From Naegleria gruberi (lineage: Eukaryota), in the NCBI GenBank assembly GCA_000004985.1, contig GG738901.1: DNA of 64,000 nucleotides; one strand, written 5' to 3'. Made by a program: the position numbers and the translations under genes. Below the pieces are notes generated by a model. The model had not been told where the DNA came from and ran no database searches. It saw only the letters and a program-made list of their open reading frames with translations. Shown here one piece after another: positions 1 through 11,323 of this stretch. Every line of letters starts with the position of its first letter. The stretch's first letter is position 1.

Positions 1-430
1 AAGGTTGGGTCTAAAAGGCATTAATCCAAGCAGCATACAAGTAAATATTTCCTCTCAGAGCAAGAATTTCGGCCGAAGTTTGAGCTTGTTGATTGAATGT
101 AATTAGTCCCAAAAGTATTAGTTAACACAACGGCAAAAATAATTGCAAATATTCTCAAATCTAACAAACCAATTTTACAACATGTTAAATCCATTCGAAG
201 TGCTCTCTTGGAAACTGAAATTTTCTTTACGGTTTTAGAAGAATTTGAACTGGTAGATCAGTTAAAAGGGTAGTGGATGGCTGTTGTCTTTTGTTATCTT
301 CATGGTGTTTGTTGTGATGTGTAATCAAGAGAAAAAATTTACAAGTTTATTAATATTGAATGAGACTATTGTAACGACAGGTTTCCCATAGAGTTAAGTC
401 TAATTCTAACAAGAATTATTCAACACACAT

Positions 431-1333
431 TTAAAATATGTTCTTATTCTTTTCAAGCCATTGCTTGATAGAAGTTGGTTGAACATTTGGATACTTGTTA
501 TTTTGAATATTCTTCAATTCACAAATTCCACTGTGAAGAGCGTATTGATATTGCATTCCAATGTAGGCCCAAACGTTATGAGTGGTATTTTTGGTAGTTT
601 CAATGAGTTTCTTAAGATCCTCAACATTTCCTTTTCTTTCCAATGTAATCTTATGTCCAGTGACTTGTTCAATTTGTTGAGCTAGTTGAGTATAGGTGAC
701 ACGATCACCAGAAACAGTAACAATCTTGTTCAATTGTTCTGGATCAAGAGCAGCTTCGACAACATAATTGGCAGCATCTTCGTAAGTAGTTGTATCAACA
801 AGAGTTTCAGCAGATCCATAATAAGTAATCTTGTGATTCTTGGTGTCAATTATGTTCAAGAATGGTCCAAAGAAAGTTTCCATGAAAACTCCATTCAAAA
901 AGATAGTGTAACCAATTCCTGACTGTTTCACTTGTTCAGCAACTTGCTTTCTCATATCAAAGTGATCATGATCACCAATGGAAGCTCTTAAATAATCAGC
1001 AGAATAATCAGAAGGAATGAAACGTTTAACGCCAGCCTTCTTGGCAGCTTCCAACAATCTTAGTTGACCATCCAAAATGGTGTCTTCAGAACCAATAACA
1101 GCACTAATAATAACATCAACATTTTGACATGCTTGTTGTAATTCCTCTACAGAATCATTCAATGCTCCACTAATCAATTGAACTCCCTTTTCTTTCAATT
1201 GTTCAGCTTTGGTTTCACTTCCCTTTCTGATCAATGCAGAAACTTGAACTGTTGGTTTGTTCAACAAGGCAGAGGTAATCAAGGATCCTAAACGACCAGT
1301 GGCACCTACAACGAGAACTTTGGTGGATGACAT
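431..1333 (-). CDS. NmrA-like / isoflavone-reductase-like NAD(P)-binding oxidoreductase, 300 aa, single exon
   Basis: Uninterrupted ORF, ATG to stop. N-terminal Rossmann motif KVLVVGATGRLGS and the overall NmrA/PCBER/IFR-family layout are seen in the translation. Confidence 0.8.
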   Translation of the reverse strand: MSSTKVLVVGATGRLGSLITSALLNKPTVQVSALIRKGSETKAEQLKEKGVQLISGALNDSVEELQQACQNVDVIISAVIGSEDTILDGQLRLLEAAKKAGVKRFIPSDYSADYLRASIGDHDHFDMRKQVAEQVKQSGIGYTIFLNGVFMETFFGPFLNIIDTKNHKITYYGSAETLVDTTTYEDAANYVVEAALDPEQLNKIVTVSGDRVTYTQLAQQIEQVTGHKITLERKGNVEDLKKLIETTKNTTHNVWAYIGMQYQYALHSGICELKNIQNNKYPNVQPTSIKQWLEKNKNIF

Positions 1334-2489
1334 TATTCAGAGATGATTGTTTTGATTCAATTTTTTGTATTGTTATTGTCAGTTCAGACAAGTATGTTCG
1401 CTATTTATGCAATCCACATCTATTGAACACACTTGCTTTTTCTTTGTCTCATTTCTTCCTCATTTCTTCTTTGGTGCAGTATTTTTAATTCATTCATGAA
1501 TCAATGGACGACTCGATTTCCTCCTCTTTTTCCGCATTTTCATCTTCAACCAATTCTACTCAGAACAATCTGAGAGATTGAACGGGATGGATGTGATTGC
1601 TAAACATCCTCTGAGCATAATAAAAGATGTTTCAAAGTTGTAAAAAGGCAGGAAATCTAGTTGAAACATGTTTGGGAGGATTTTCGAGTCCTACAACAAG
1701 ACCAAATTGGAAGCTGATTTAGATGGCTAGTAAGAAATTGAACAGCCATCCACGAAGAAAAAGTAAAAGGAAACTCCCAATATAAAGGAGTTACTTGTAG
1801 AGGATACTAGTTTTTCTCTGCTATCAAATTTTCACACAATGTTTCATTGTTCGAATCCAATCAGTGCAATGTTAATTTCAAATTATTGAGAGGATATTTT
1901 AACGACCAAGAAAAGAAAATCAACAAGACAGAGTATGTCTCAACCCTTAAAATAAGTAGCTCTACAACTTTCAATAGTGAAGCGAAGGGAATCTACAAAT
2001 TGATTTTCGAGCTGGAATTACTATTTGGATATCAAGTTGAGCTATCCATCACAACTTCATGCCATCAATCTCACCAAATTAAATAAATGTAATAAATTGT
2101 AAACATTTGATGAAAGAGATGTGCTTTTCATCTTTCTAAACTTTAAAAAGTCTTTCAATGTTTGTTCATTACCACTTAAATTAGGCTTTTGAATCAATTG
2201 ATCAAATGCACATCTCCATTCGGAAACGAGAGGATGTATTGTTGACTTGGTCACTTGATGATATCATTGTAAATAATAAACAGGTTCAATCAATTACTGA
2301 TAGTGAATTCTGCTGAGTTTTTGTATCTAGTCAAAATATTTCGTGAACCAATGAGAAGAATTTTTACGCCACGATACCTATTTTTACAAGTGCCTAATAA
2401 AACTGGATACACAAATTTTTTTGCCATTGATGGGCTTTAAATAACGTTCACCTTATTGTGATCAAACGATTTAAAAATATTCAAAAAAA

Positions 2490-3011
2490 ATGTCTGCAAC
2501 AACAACCTTGAAGAGAAGTTATGATTCATTCTCAGCTGAAGACGACAGCCAACTCGACTACAACATGTGCGGATCAAAACCATTCTGTTATGGTTCTTCA
2601 TCATCATCGATAGACTTTTCTAACTCAAGTATTGAATCTACACTCCCTGTCAGACAACCTATAAAGAAGAGAAGGGACACCCTCTTGCAAACCTCATCAG
2701 GCAAAAATAAAACGGCCTATGTGTCGAGAGAAGAAATTAAAAAGGCTCCTGTTGAAGAATTCATTGATTCCTATCTGAAGGAAAAACGTAAATATATCCA
2801 ACAATATTTCCCTGATCAAAATATTGATGCAACTTCATTCACTTACGAAGAGGTTAAACAATTATTACAAGTCAGAGATGAACAACATTTCCAAGAATTG
2901 AACAAGACCGTTCAAGAAAAATTGACAGAACAATTTGAACAATTTACCAAATTCAATCATGATTATATTTCCAAACAATTCAAAGAGTCTGACTTTAGTT
3001 ATACTTCCTAA
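2490..3011 (+). CDS. hypothetical protein, 173 aa, Ser-rich N-terminus with a basic KKRR patch
   Basis: ATG-initiated ORF with codon usage like neighbouring genes. No recognisable domain. Confidence 0.45.
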   Translation: MSATTTLKRSYDSFSAEDDSQLDYNMCGSKPFCYGSSSSSIDFSNSSIESTLPVRQPIKKRRDTLLQTSSGKNKTAYVSREEIKKAPVEEFIDSYLKEKRKYIQQYFPDQNIDATSFTYEEVKQLLQVRDEQHFQELNKTVQEKLTEQFEQFTKFNHDYISKQFKESDFSYTS

Positions 3012-3366
3012 TTATTCAATATATTATTTTCCAAGAGGAAAGCTAAATATTTGTACAACTCTTCGATCAACAACATTTAAAGTTTAGAAAACACTCTGAA
3101 CGTGTAGGGCAGAGTCATGAAAAAACCCAAAAACAAAACTTCTGTACAAAATTCTCTCCAACCTCTCCTTTTATCCCTTTAAAAAAACACTCTATCCTGT
3201 TAAATACCATTTTCCATCACCAATCCATCCAAACTTAACCAACTCCCAATAAATTGAACCAATATTAAAAACAACAACTTTCAGTTACTCATTCCACTTG
3301 TTTTGTTCGCCTTTCCTAATTAATTTGAGCGTTGTAAAAAATTTTAAAAATTAAAAACATAAAAAA

Positions 3367-4825
3367 ATGATTAGCGCTGTTCTTATTCTCAACTCTAGAG
3401 GACACACTCTGATCTCACGTGCCTACAGAGACGATGTTGAAACGTAAGTAATCCACTATCAAGGAATGTTATGGAGTACAAACTTGAAAATCTACAATAA
3501 CAATACAAAATTTAATATTTTTCGCTTCTCTCATCACATAATCAACAACAAAATTATACAAACAAATAATCATCATCAATAACAACAATATCAAATTATC
3601 TAACAATAGTCGTTCAATCTCTAGCGCTTTCAGATCACAAATTTTGGCTGCCAAGATTGCCGATAGATGTCCAGTTAAGACAATTGGAAGTGTTACTTTT
3701 ATGTTCATTCGTCATGAAGAAATGTACTTGCTCGCCGTAACAAAACAAAACGCTAGTGCTGCTCTTGTTTTTGAATTTTTGTATAAATTGATCTTTATTT
3801 TCCAATCTTACTTTGATGGAAAATTCACAGAAGATGCTTTGAAGGAAAACTTTTCACTTGTTTATGAATTGTTGGATGAAATCCTTGACTTTGGTTATCC
3901 ACAAAATTGTGAACCTCAAGTATTGAAGAATATTATTGTACAAGGTGGTATGAAGGATATCAAGCCACACGAACTTGAACAAAGATTGAAGGAAGTTACA
4001 GGAGCAGTTTCTTGGAGAAAGGCCGGAATTGTATATCGTAAGAATGAAGTATTTTTGGATGTTATTGAAGATGTGAATATGTTATTGAGTAACAAGGGTA
4101 CAGTTTTGAGCAGTGACGTCACTGGTCGTATTGTTATGAAGTGTTTGTTGAGTGGTATGCCAGAATGTAAATTTGGTTTGAATGACAAGCTTATGTTACA
4201 ACAAGAAAAGAGAACAGCCAACAAGAAGAGATATAAGGAAATTGATATTGATGACATTACTTTCCATCAATGTGTCAAATTGGGTAAATTTGATAGTGAT
4301 CGTACAATCAGCTTTGTTCCACCTGATGGTGAATTTGAATTGATGAGATATCGTATTACTGATGGTATTGTTCCACCATTCCGTTTACTTTCTCCTATTG
4401 TTCGTGAATTGAGTAAGACAAAGTTGGAAGTTAAGGTTACTATCAAGTCTGTTTTCCATGCTCGTTTGTTTGGTAAGAATGTTGTTGTCAAGATTCCATG
4501 TCCATCCAATACTGCTAAATGTAAGATTCACGTTGCTCAAGGTAAAGCTAAGTATAAGGCTGAAAAGGGTGCTATCGTCTGGACTGTTAAACGTTTCCCT
4601 GGTGATACTGAATTAACTTTGAGTGCCGAAGTTGATTTGATTTCTCAAACTGCTGAAAACAAGAAGTGGTCTAGACCACCTATTGGACTCACCTTCCAAG
4701 TGCCTATGTTCACTGCTTCAGGTTTGCACGTCAGATTCTTGAAAGTTTTCGAAAAATCTAACTATCAAGCTGTCAAATGGGTTAGATATATCACACAAGC
4801 TGGTGTTTATGAATCCAGAATTTAA
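3367..4825 (+). CDS. clathrin-adaptor AP complex mu subunit (AP-1/AP-2 mu family); join(3367..3443,3625..4825), about 426 aa
   Basis: Exon 1 encodes MISAVLILNSRGHTLISRAYRDDVET and ends at a GTAAGT donor at 3444. The acceptor CTAG at 3621-3624 gives the conserved ...DVETAFRSQILAAK continuation. Exon 2 carries mu-homology motifs CKFGLNDK, FHQCVKLGKFDSDRTISFVPPDGEFELMRYR and KWVRYITQAGVYESRI. Confidence 0.85.
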
Positions 4826-4921
4826 ATTAATTTTTTATTATATTTCTAATACTGAGATATTCTACTTTAACTTAAAACCTAAATAAAATTGTAAATCTAT
4901 CCAAAAAAAACAAATTGTGTA

Positions 4922-5731
4922 TTATTCATCTACCAAATTAGCATCCTCTTTACCCTTAATCAAATTATTTCTGAATTTCAAATGACTGACAAGTGCAAAA
5001 TTATAATGAGCACATCTCTTTGCAGTCTTTTCCAAATCGTCACACTCCGATTTAAACATACTATTCTTGAGACAGTCTTGTAATTTTTGTTGTTGTTCAG
5101 CACAAAATATATCTCCTACACAACTTAATGATTTCTTTTTAAAATCGTCACAGACAGCATAATATTTCTTAGATTCTTCTACTTCTTCATCAGCTCTTTC
5201 ACTGAAAGAAACTTCACTTTCTGTCTTTATACGTCTAGCCTTTAAAAACCTAGTACATAATCCATATTTATAAAACCATTCGGAACAATTTTTATCACAT
5301 TGTGAAATCTTGTCATCTAAATTATATTTTCTATTTTCCATTTGATAAACTTGATCCAAAACTTTAGATTCAACAAAGACCTTATTACGAAGAATTTCAT
5401 CTTTACATTTAAATATATGATCCTTTGATTCCAATGATTCTACACATGAAGCTAATTTTGCATTTCTAACAGGATCCAACAAGTGACTAGTTAAACAAGA
5501 ATAATAAATATATAAAGCACGTCTAACCATTGTCGGAGTCACTTCATAGTTACTCATCTCGGCAATTTCACTCAATCTATTTAAATATTCTTTACATGTT
5601 GCATATTTTCTTTCACGTGTATCATAAAGAAAATGTCCTAAATTATCATATTTACTATAGAAATGGAGCAACATGTAGTAATCCATCGATTTTTCCACTG
5701 GTACACTTTCCGAAGGTGATTTTTCAGTCAT
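4922..5731 (-). CDS. multi-Cx9C (CHCH-type) cysteine-motif protein, 269 aa
   Basis: ATG at 5731. Four C-x9-C pairs are read directly: CSEWFYKYGLC, CDDFKKKSLSC, CAEQQQKLQDC and CDDLEKTAKRC. Twin Cx9C is typical of mitochondrial intermembrane-space (Mia40 substrate) proteins. Confidence 0.6.
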   Translation of the reverse strand: MTEKSPSESVPVEKSMDYYMLLHFYSKYDNLGHFLYDTRERKYATCKEYLNRLSEIAEMSNYEVTPTMVRRALYIYYSCLTSHLLDPVRNAKLASCVESLESKDHIFKCKDEILRNKVFVESKVLDQVYQMENRKYNLDDKISQCDKNCSEWFYKYGLCTRFLKARRIKTESEVSFSERADEEVEESKKYYAVCDDFKKKSLSCVGDIFCAEQQQKLQDCLKNSMFKSECDDLEKTAKRCAHYNFALVSHLKFRNNLIKGKEDANLVDE

Positions 5732-5989
5732 TTTTTTAATTGAATTTTTTTAATTTGGTTAATTTTTCATAATGTCCTGATTTGGAAATTTATAAATCAT
5801 TTAATGTTGTTTTTTATTTTGTGTATCAATAATTTTAATTCTAAAATTACTTTGAAGAGTTCTGAAAAGATTTCATATCTGACTGCAAAAGCATCACTCT
5901 TGTTGGGATTTGTGTTGGATTATTAAAATTAAATATTTAACCAATCTGATAAGATAATAATCACGTGTAAAATAAATTAATTATTGGTT

Positions 5990-6979
5990 TTAATGACCAA
6001 TAGTTCTTCCTCCAGTAAGTTTACTCCAATAACTTCCATTATCTGATTGATAATTCTCATTCCAAATTGATTGTTGAGCAATTCCTCCACTTGCATTGTA
6101 TTGAGTTTCTCCATGATAGAAAGAATCCAACTTTTTGATAGATGAAGGTACCAAATTTTCAATCTTGGAAATAATAGCATTGAAATAATGAGAAATAAAT
6201 AAAGTTCTCTCAAATAACAATACAAAAATGTAACCAGAAATTATACCAAATAAATGTCCAACAAATGAGCTACTTGGAAAGAGAAAACTAGTTACCAATA
6301 AGAGAATCCAAGGATAATACTTAGATGGTACTGATATCATTCCAAATAATGAATTTGTAGTTTGTGAAGTGTCTGTAGATGCTATTGTCAAATAGCTGAA
6401 AATAACCCCTGAAAATCCAATAGAGCATTCATGAAGTCCAAAAAATTGAGCTAGGCCATCCATTATTCCAGAAATTGAGGCACTACCTTTTCCTTTATGC
6501 TCAAATTTAGAAAGTCTAACGTTATAACCGAATCCATAGTGTGAAATATTTGAAATTAGGAATGCAATAATTGCCTCCAAAATTGATTCCAAAAATACAA
6601 CAATAATTGTGCATACTATTAATTTTGTAGAGCTATTAAATCTTCCAGTTTCCAAAACAGCAGCAAATGAAACATGTGTCATCATATTAAATAAATAATG
6701 CATAATATCCGAATGAAAGAAAGCATATGCAAATAATCTATACAAATTCAATGGTGATGATTCATCTGTGAGAGAGTAATAATTCAAACACACTTGATCT
6801 ATTGTAGGCTGATTAAACACACATTGTACTATCAAGAATATGAAACTAATTATAATCATGATAGATAATGTTCCGAAAGGTATCTGAGAGAACCAACTCT
6901 TAGCTCGTGACCAAACATTTTGTTCCAACGATGCTGCTGACGATGACGATGCTGCTGAATATCCATCATTACCAAACAT
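5990..6979 (-). CDS. rhomboid-family intramembrane serine protease-like protein, 329 aa
   Basis: ATG at 6979 and multiple TM helices. TM2 carries an HxxxN-like FFHSDIMHYLFNMM, TM4 carries the GxSG motif GFSGVIF (catalytic Ser), and TM6 carries GHLFGIISG (catalytic His). Confidence 0.75.
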   Translation of the reverse strand: MFGNDGYSAASSSSAASLEQNVWSRAKSWFSQIPFGTLSIMIIISFIFLIVQCVFNQPTIDQVCLNYYSLTDESSPLNLYRLFAYAFFHSDIMHYLFNMMTHVSFAAVLETGRFNSSTKLIVCTIIVVFLESILEAIIAFLISNISHYGFGYNVRLSKFEHKGKGSASISGIMDGLAQFFGLHECSIGFSGVIFSYLTIASTDTSQTTNSLFGMISVPSKYYPWILLLVTSFLFPSSSFVGHLFGIISGYIFVLLFERTLFISHYFNAIISKIENLVPSSIKKLDSFYHGETQYNASGGIAQQSIWNENYQSDNGSYWSKLTGGRTIGH

Positions 6980-7058
6980 TTTTAGGCTTTTTTAAAATTT
7001 TAATTATCAATACAAAGTATTCAGTTACAATTATTTCAAATAATTATAATATTAAAAA

Positions 7059-7526
7059 ATGTCGTTTTTCAGGGAGGTTCAGGAAGGTAATGCTGATGAT
7101 GGTGGAGGAGAGAAAATAAAGACAAGTCTCGGAGTAAAGAAATCAATTAATATTCTCACCTCTCGATATATTAAAAATCATTTGAAGGAAAAGAAGGAAT
7201 TTGAAAAGGAAAAGAGGAAAATATTTAGATATTTATTGCAGTATCATTATATTTCTCTCCAATTAATGATGGAAACTAATTTATATAGAGGGAAGGAATT
7301 GAAATCAATTTATGAAATTGATTCTTCTAATTTATACTTATTGGCTCTTAAATATCAAAAACAAAGGCTTTATTTGAAACTCATGTACTTTATGACAGAG
7401 TTGAATTATTACTCGGATATATTACAATTGTTGGATTCTAATCATATCCATGCAGAGTCTACCTTGATGAGTCTTGTAGAAAGGAAAATTAAGGCACACG
7501 AAATTATGAGTCATACTAATGACTGA
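7059..7526 (+). CDS. hypothetical protein, 155 aa, Lys/Glu-rich
   Basis: ATG ORF in an otherwise gene-free gap. No domain recognised. Confidence 0.35.
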   Translation: MSFFREVQEGNADDGGGEKIKTSLGVKKSINILTSRYIKNHLKEKKEFEKEKRKIFRYLLQYHYISLQLMMETNLYRGKELKSIYEIDSSNLYLLALKYQKQRLYLKLMYFMTELNYYSDILQLLDSNHIHAESTLMSLVERKIKAHEIMSHTND

Positions 7527-8070
7527 GTCATTCATATATATGTATATTGGATACTATAGTAGTCATCATTGATATCAATTTGAATTATTAACTTATTTAC
7601 AAACTAACGAGTCATTAGGACACCCAATTGGGAACAATTGTTTACAATTCATGGTCAAATTACCAAAACAAGCTCAATTTCATTATGCCACAATCATTGG
7701 GACCTGAGAAATTTGCTGTATTAACTGACGAACACTCTTATATTGGGTGCATAATGCACCACCAAACTAAATAGACCACAAGGAAGATTAAGGTACTTTC
7801 AGTTTCTTCCTGTAAGCACATTGAAAAGATCTAAAACAATTAAGGGAAACCAAAATATTAAAGCCCAAAAACAATTGTCAGAGGAAACACAATAATTTAC
7901 CAATGGATGTATTAAATTCAAGAGAACTATCCTATCCTACAATCTACCAAATGCAAGTTTGAGAAATTTCATATTTATACAATATGAATACACGACTATT
8001 TCTCTCCTTCTCCACACCGTATTATCAATGGCGCCAAATGATCACCTACATCTTAATGCCTTTATAAAAA

Positions 8071-9294
8071 ATGAAACGAAAGCACGAAGAATCTCCTTCA
8101 CAATCCAACAAGCAAACAAAAAGAAAGAACGGAAAGGAAGAGGATGCTGAACGAAAGACCTGGAGTTACACTCCATTTGTTCCCTACTCGAGCAACAATT
8201 TGACCGTGTGTGAGAAAGGCGTTCTAGATGCTAAAAAGCACATTTATGTAGAGCAAACGAATTTTATTTCAGACCACTTTGTTAAGGCATTGCAGAAGAA
8301 ATCCTTCTTCTCCTTCCAGGGTTCTCCAAATAGTGGGAAGAGTTCAATGATATTGAACAGCATTATTCCAATGATTAGAGATAATAAGGAAAATAATAAT
8401 TATTTGCTTCTCTATGTTGATTTGGCTGTGGTCATGAAGGATTGGGTTATTAAAAAGACTGGTGGCAGTGTGAGTTTCCAACACTGCTTTATGGATTATG
8501 TGTTGAAGAAGTTGAGATCACAAGCAAGTGTTCCTCAATCCATTTTAACTCTCTTCTCCCTCAATTCTCCTTATTGTCAAGAATTGCGTAAGAGTATTAT
8601 TCTTTTCATGGATCACGCGGATGATATTCATAAACTTCCCTATGAAGAGAGAAGAACCTTTGTTGAAAGTTGGTTAAGAATATCAGAAACTAGAGTTCAG
8701 TTCAGCTTGTTTAGCATTGTTGTTATTGGAAACTCTGTCATTCGTCCATTTTCCATAAGAGATGAAGAAAAGAACATTATGGTTTCTCCATTCTGCAAGC
8801 ATGCCTTTGTTCCATACTTTTCCAGAGATGAGCTCGTGCATTTCACAAAGCAATTTCTAAACATTCCAATAACAATGGAAATTATTGACAGAATCTATGA
8901 AAGATACACCTATGGACACATTGGACAATCTATCATTATGCTCAAATACTATACCTATCTTTGGGAAGGTTGCAATCCACCATCTAACGTAGAAGAATGG
9001 GAATATGACATTCTTTCAGATAATTTTTGGGAATTCTTGAAAAATGATTCATTCCATGCCAAGATTTTCGAATCATTATCAAATGATAAATTGATGGAAC
9101 CTTTAATTCGTTGGTTAAAAGACGAAAGAGAAGGAAGAGGTTTGAATCTTGACTTGTCAATTGAAGATCAACTGGCACGAATTGGAGTAATTCAATTGAG
9201 TCAAAAAAGATTTCATTTGACTTCTCATTTGATGAGAGATTTGGTGGAAACTGCTTATACAGAACCTCCACAATTATCTACTAATGTGATTTAA
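8071..9294 (+). CDS. P-loop NTPase (AAA+/archaeal-ATPase-like) protein, 407 aa
   Basis: ATG at 8071. Walker A GSPNSGKSSM, and a Walker-B-like hydrophobic stretch followed by acidic residues (IILFMDHADD). Confidence 0.55.
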   Translation: MKRKHEESPSQSNKQTKRKNGKEEDAERKTWSYTPFVPYSSNNLTVCEKGVLDAKKHIYVEQTNFISDHFVKALQKKSFFSFQGSPNSGKSSMILNSIIPMIRDNKENNNYLLLYVDLAVVMKDWVIKKTGGSVSFQHCFMDYVLKKLRSQASVPQSILTLFSLNSPYCQELRKSIILFMDHADDIHKLPYEERRTFVESWLRISETRVQFSLFSIVVIGNSVIRPFSIRDEEKNIMVSPFCKHAFVPYFSRDELVHFTKQFLNIPITMEIIDRIYERYTYGHIGQSIIMLKYYTYLWEGCNPPSNVEEWEYDILSDNFWEFLKNDSFHAKIFESLSNDKLMEPLIRWLKDEREGRGLNLDLSIEDQLARIGVIQLSQKRFHLTSHLMRDLVETAYTEPPQLSTNVI

Positions 9295-9461
9295 AAGTGC
9301 TGTCTACGTTTTAATCGAATAAACATTTTATTTTCAAAGTTAGTGAGATTCGTATTTTGTTGATCATGTATTATCATTACATGAACGTTTAGTTAATGGA
9401 AGAGAGGAAAACTTTAACACATTCTTAATCTGACAGATTAGACAATCATCATTCAAATAGA

Positions 9462-9731
9462 TTATTCCTTCTTTTTAAGAATCTTTCCAATAATTTCTGA
9501 GCACTTTGATCTGAAACTGGACTTTTTCTTTGATAGCGAATCTAACGAATATGAAGATGATTGAGCAGACGAAACTTGACAATCTTCAAAATTCCATCCG
9601 AAATCTGCCATTGGTGCAATAGTCAAATTTGAGGTTGACTTGACATCTCTCTTGGTAATTTGCTGTTTAGTTAAAGAGGATGATCTTCTTTGAAGAATGT
9701 TTAAAGATTTTCTATTGTTATTCGAGGTCAT
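9462..9731 (-). CDS. small hypothetical protein, 89 aa
   Basis: ATG-initiated ORF only. Ser/Lys-rich with no recognised domain. Confidence 0.3.
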   Translation of the reverse strand: MTSNNNRKSLNILQRRSSSLTKQQITKRDVKSTSNLTIAPMADFGWNFEDCQVSSAQSSSYSLDSLSKKKSSFRSKCSEIIGKILKKKE

Positions 9732-10176
9732 TAGAAATTGGCTCTTAGTTATTCGATTCTGAACTAAAGTTGTTTTTTTTCAAAGTGTTGTGTAGATTTA
9801 TGACGTTGGGCATGGATTCTTATATCTTATTTCGGCAGGCGAAACATGCAATTGGGAACTGAAGCATGATATGTATGTTGAGAAAGGAAGGGTATTTCTA
9901 TGGCGTTGCGATATGAGTTCAGCTTTGGTAAACAATGTCCATGCATGTTGAGAGCGTTTCAACATCATTGACAAAGTTTAGGTAGAAATCGAATAATAAC
10001 GATGATAATTATTAGCTTGAGCTACTCGATTAGGGCCATGAAAAGCATGTGCTTGTCCAAGTAAAGAGTTTTATTGGAATTGTGGTTCACGAAAGTTAGA
10101 GAAACCAATAAATCAAGAAGAGTACTGTTTGAGAAATCAGGAGAAAAGAAACTAATGAATTTATTCGAAACTATGC

Positions 10177-10962
10177 TCATTTATTGTCATTTATCACAAA
10201 TTGCATTGGGTTCCTCAAGTAACTATCACAAAAATCTTGTACTTCTTGATTGAGTTTCGAATAACCTACCACCAATTGACAATGCTTTATATTTTGCCCA
10301 AATAACAATTCTAAATCTTCTCTAAAACCATATTCTAAAGTTAAATCCAAAAAATCCATTACAATCATTTTAACCTTTGAAAAATCAATCAAATTCTGGT
10401 TGACCAAATATGAAATATATCCAGCAGTTCCAACCAAAACTTTAGCTCCATAAATATGTCTAGCCATTTCAGTTAAACTCGATCCACTGACACAGGTGCA
10501 CACTTTCACACTCAAATCCTGAGAAATGTGATTCAACATGGATGAAATTGAAAGAGCTAGTTCTCTAACCGGAAGTATTACAATATATTCAATGGTCAAT
10601 TGAGTATTCTCTTGGGAAGGAGTTGAATTTTTTGATAATTTATCCAAAATGGCAATTGAGTAACAAAGATGTCTCAATATTGGTGTTTGAATAGACACAT
10701 CAATAGGTGGATCGGAGGAAATTAATGGCCAAATAACTTGTTTGTCAACTTGATTGAGCTCAAATTCTTTCAATGCCGAAAGTAATTCACTTGATAAATT
10801 CAATTCATTGAAGGAAGTAATAATTTTTGGTAAATACTTTGGTTTGGTATTGATCTTGGTTTTTAATAGATCATAGTGATGAGAACTGGTGCATAATTTA
10901 TCAATTGTCGCTACTTGGTCATCATTGGCAAAATCGAAAACTGCAACTCGAACTTGTTCCAT
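10177..10962 (-). CDS. DEAD-box helicase domain-1-only, degenerate protein, about 261 aa
   Basis: First ATG is at 10962 (MEQVRVAVFDF); the ORF-track start is a TTG. Motif I/Ia-like QTPILRHL..ILPVRELA, a motif Ib-like VLVGTAGYI, and a DEAD position reading MDFLD. It ends right after a domain-1-like NPMQFVINDN with no RecA domain 2. Confidence 0.55.
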   Translation of the reverse strand: MEQVRVAVFDFANDDQVATIDKLCTSSHHYDLLKTKINTKPKYLPKIITSFNELNLSSELLSALKEFELNQVDKQVIWPLISSDPPIDVSIQTPILRHLCYSIAILDKLSKNSTPSQENTQLTIEYIVILPVRELALSISSMLNHISQDLSVKVCTCVSGSSLTEMARHIYGAKVLVGTAGYISYLVNQNLIDFSKVKMIVMDFLDLTLEYGFREDLELLFGQNIKHCQLVVGYSKLNQEVQDFCDSYLRNPMQFVINDNK

Positions 10963-11164
10963 TTTTTCAACTTTGAAATGCAATTCAACAATTTTCTTCA
11001 ATTGCAATTCAACATTTGATCCAGAAAGACAATTGGATAATAATCATCGGTTGATCTGAACATGTTTTGTTAGAGAATTTGAATGTGATTTGGTGATCAA
11101 AAGATCTTGATGATTTATTTTACAATCAATTTAATAGTAGTACACAATGCAATATTGCAATTCT

Positions 11165-11323
11165 TTAATAATTGCTTCCGCACTTTCCACAAGCAGCTGA
11201 ATTACCTGACTTGACTGGAGTACCATCACCTAAATTTCTCTTACATTGCTTACACATGGCAGTACCACATGCCTTGCAGCTGATTTTATCTGAGGAACCA
11301 CATCCACTTGACCACTTGCACAT
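11165..11323 (-). CDS. small cysteine-rich protein, 52 aa (MCKWSSGCGSSDKISCKACGTAMCKQCKRNLGDGTPVKSGNSAACGKCGSNY), metallothionein or zinc-ribbon-like
   Basis: Hand translation of the minus strand: ATG at 11323, TAA at 11165-11167. Eight Cys including three CxxC pairs (CKAC, CKQC, CGKC). It is below the ORF-track size cutoff and overlaps a compositionally random plus-strand ORF (11172..11366). Confidence 0.4.
   Translation of the reverse strand: MCKWSSGCGSSDKISCKACGTAMCKQCKRNLGDGTPVKSGNSAACGKCGSNY

Noticed and set aside
1840-1860. tRNA-like B-box GTTCGAATCC
   Set aside because: There is no A-box (TRGCNNAGTGG), no plausible D/anticodon/acceptor stems in the preceding 60 nt and no 3' CCA/terminator context; probably a chance match. 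No other tRNA-like sequence was found in the window.
1847-2254. ORFs 1847..2086 (+) and 2057..2254 (-)
   Set aside because: They are short and mutually overlapping with no recognisable motif; the minus ORF could be a real micro-gene but nothing in the sequence supports a call.
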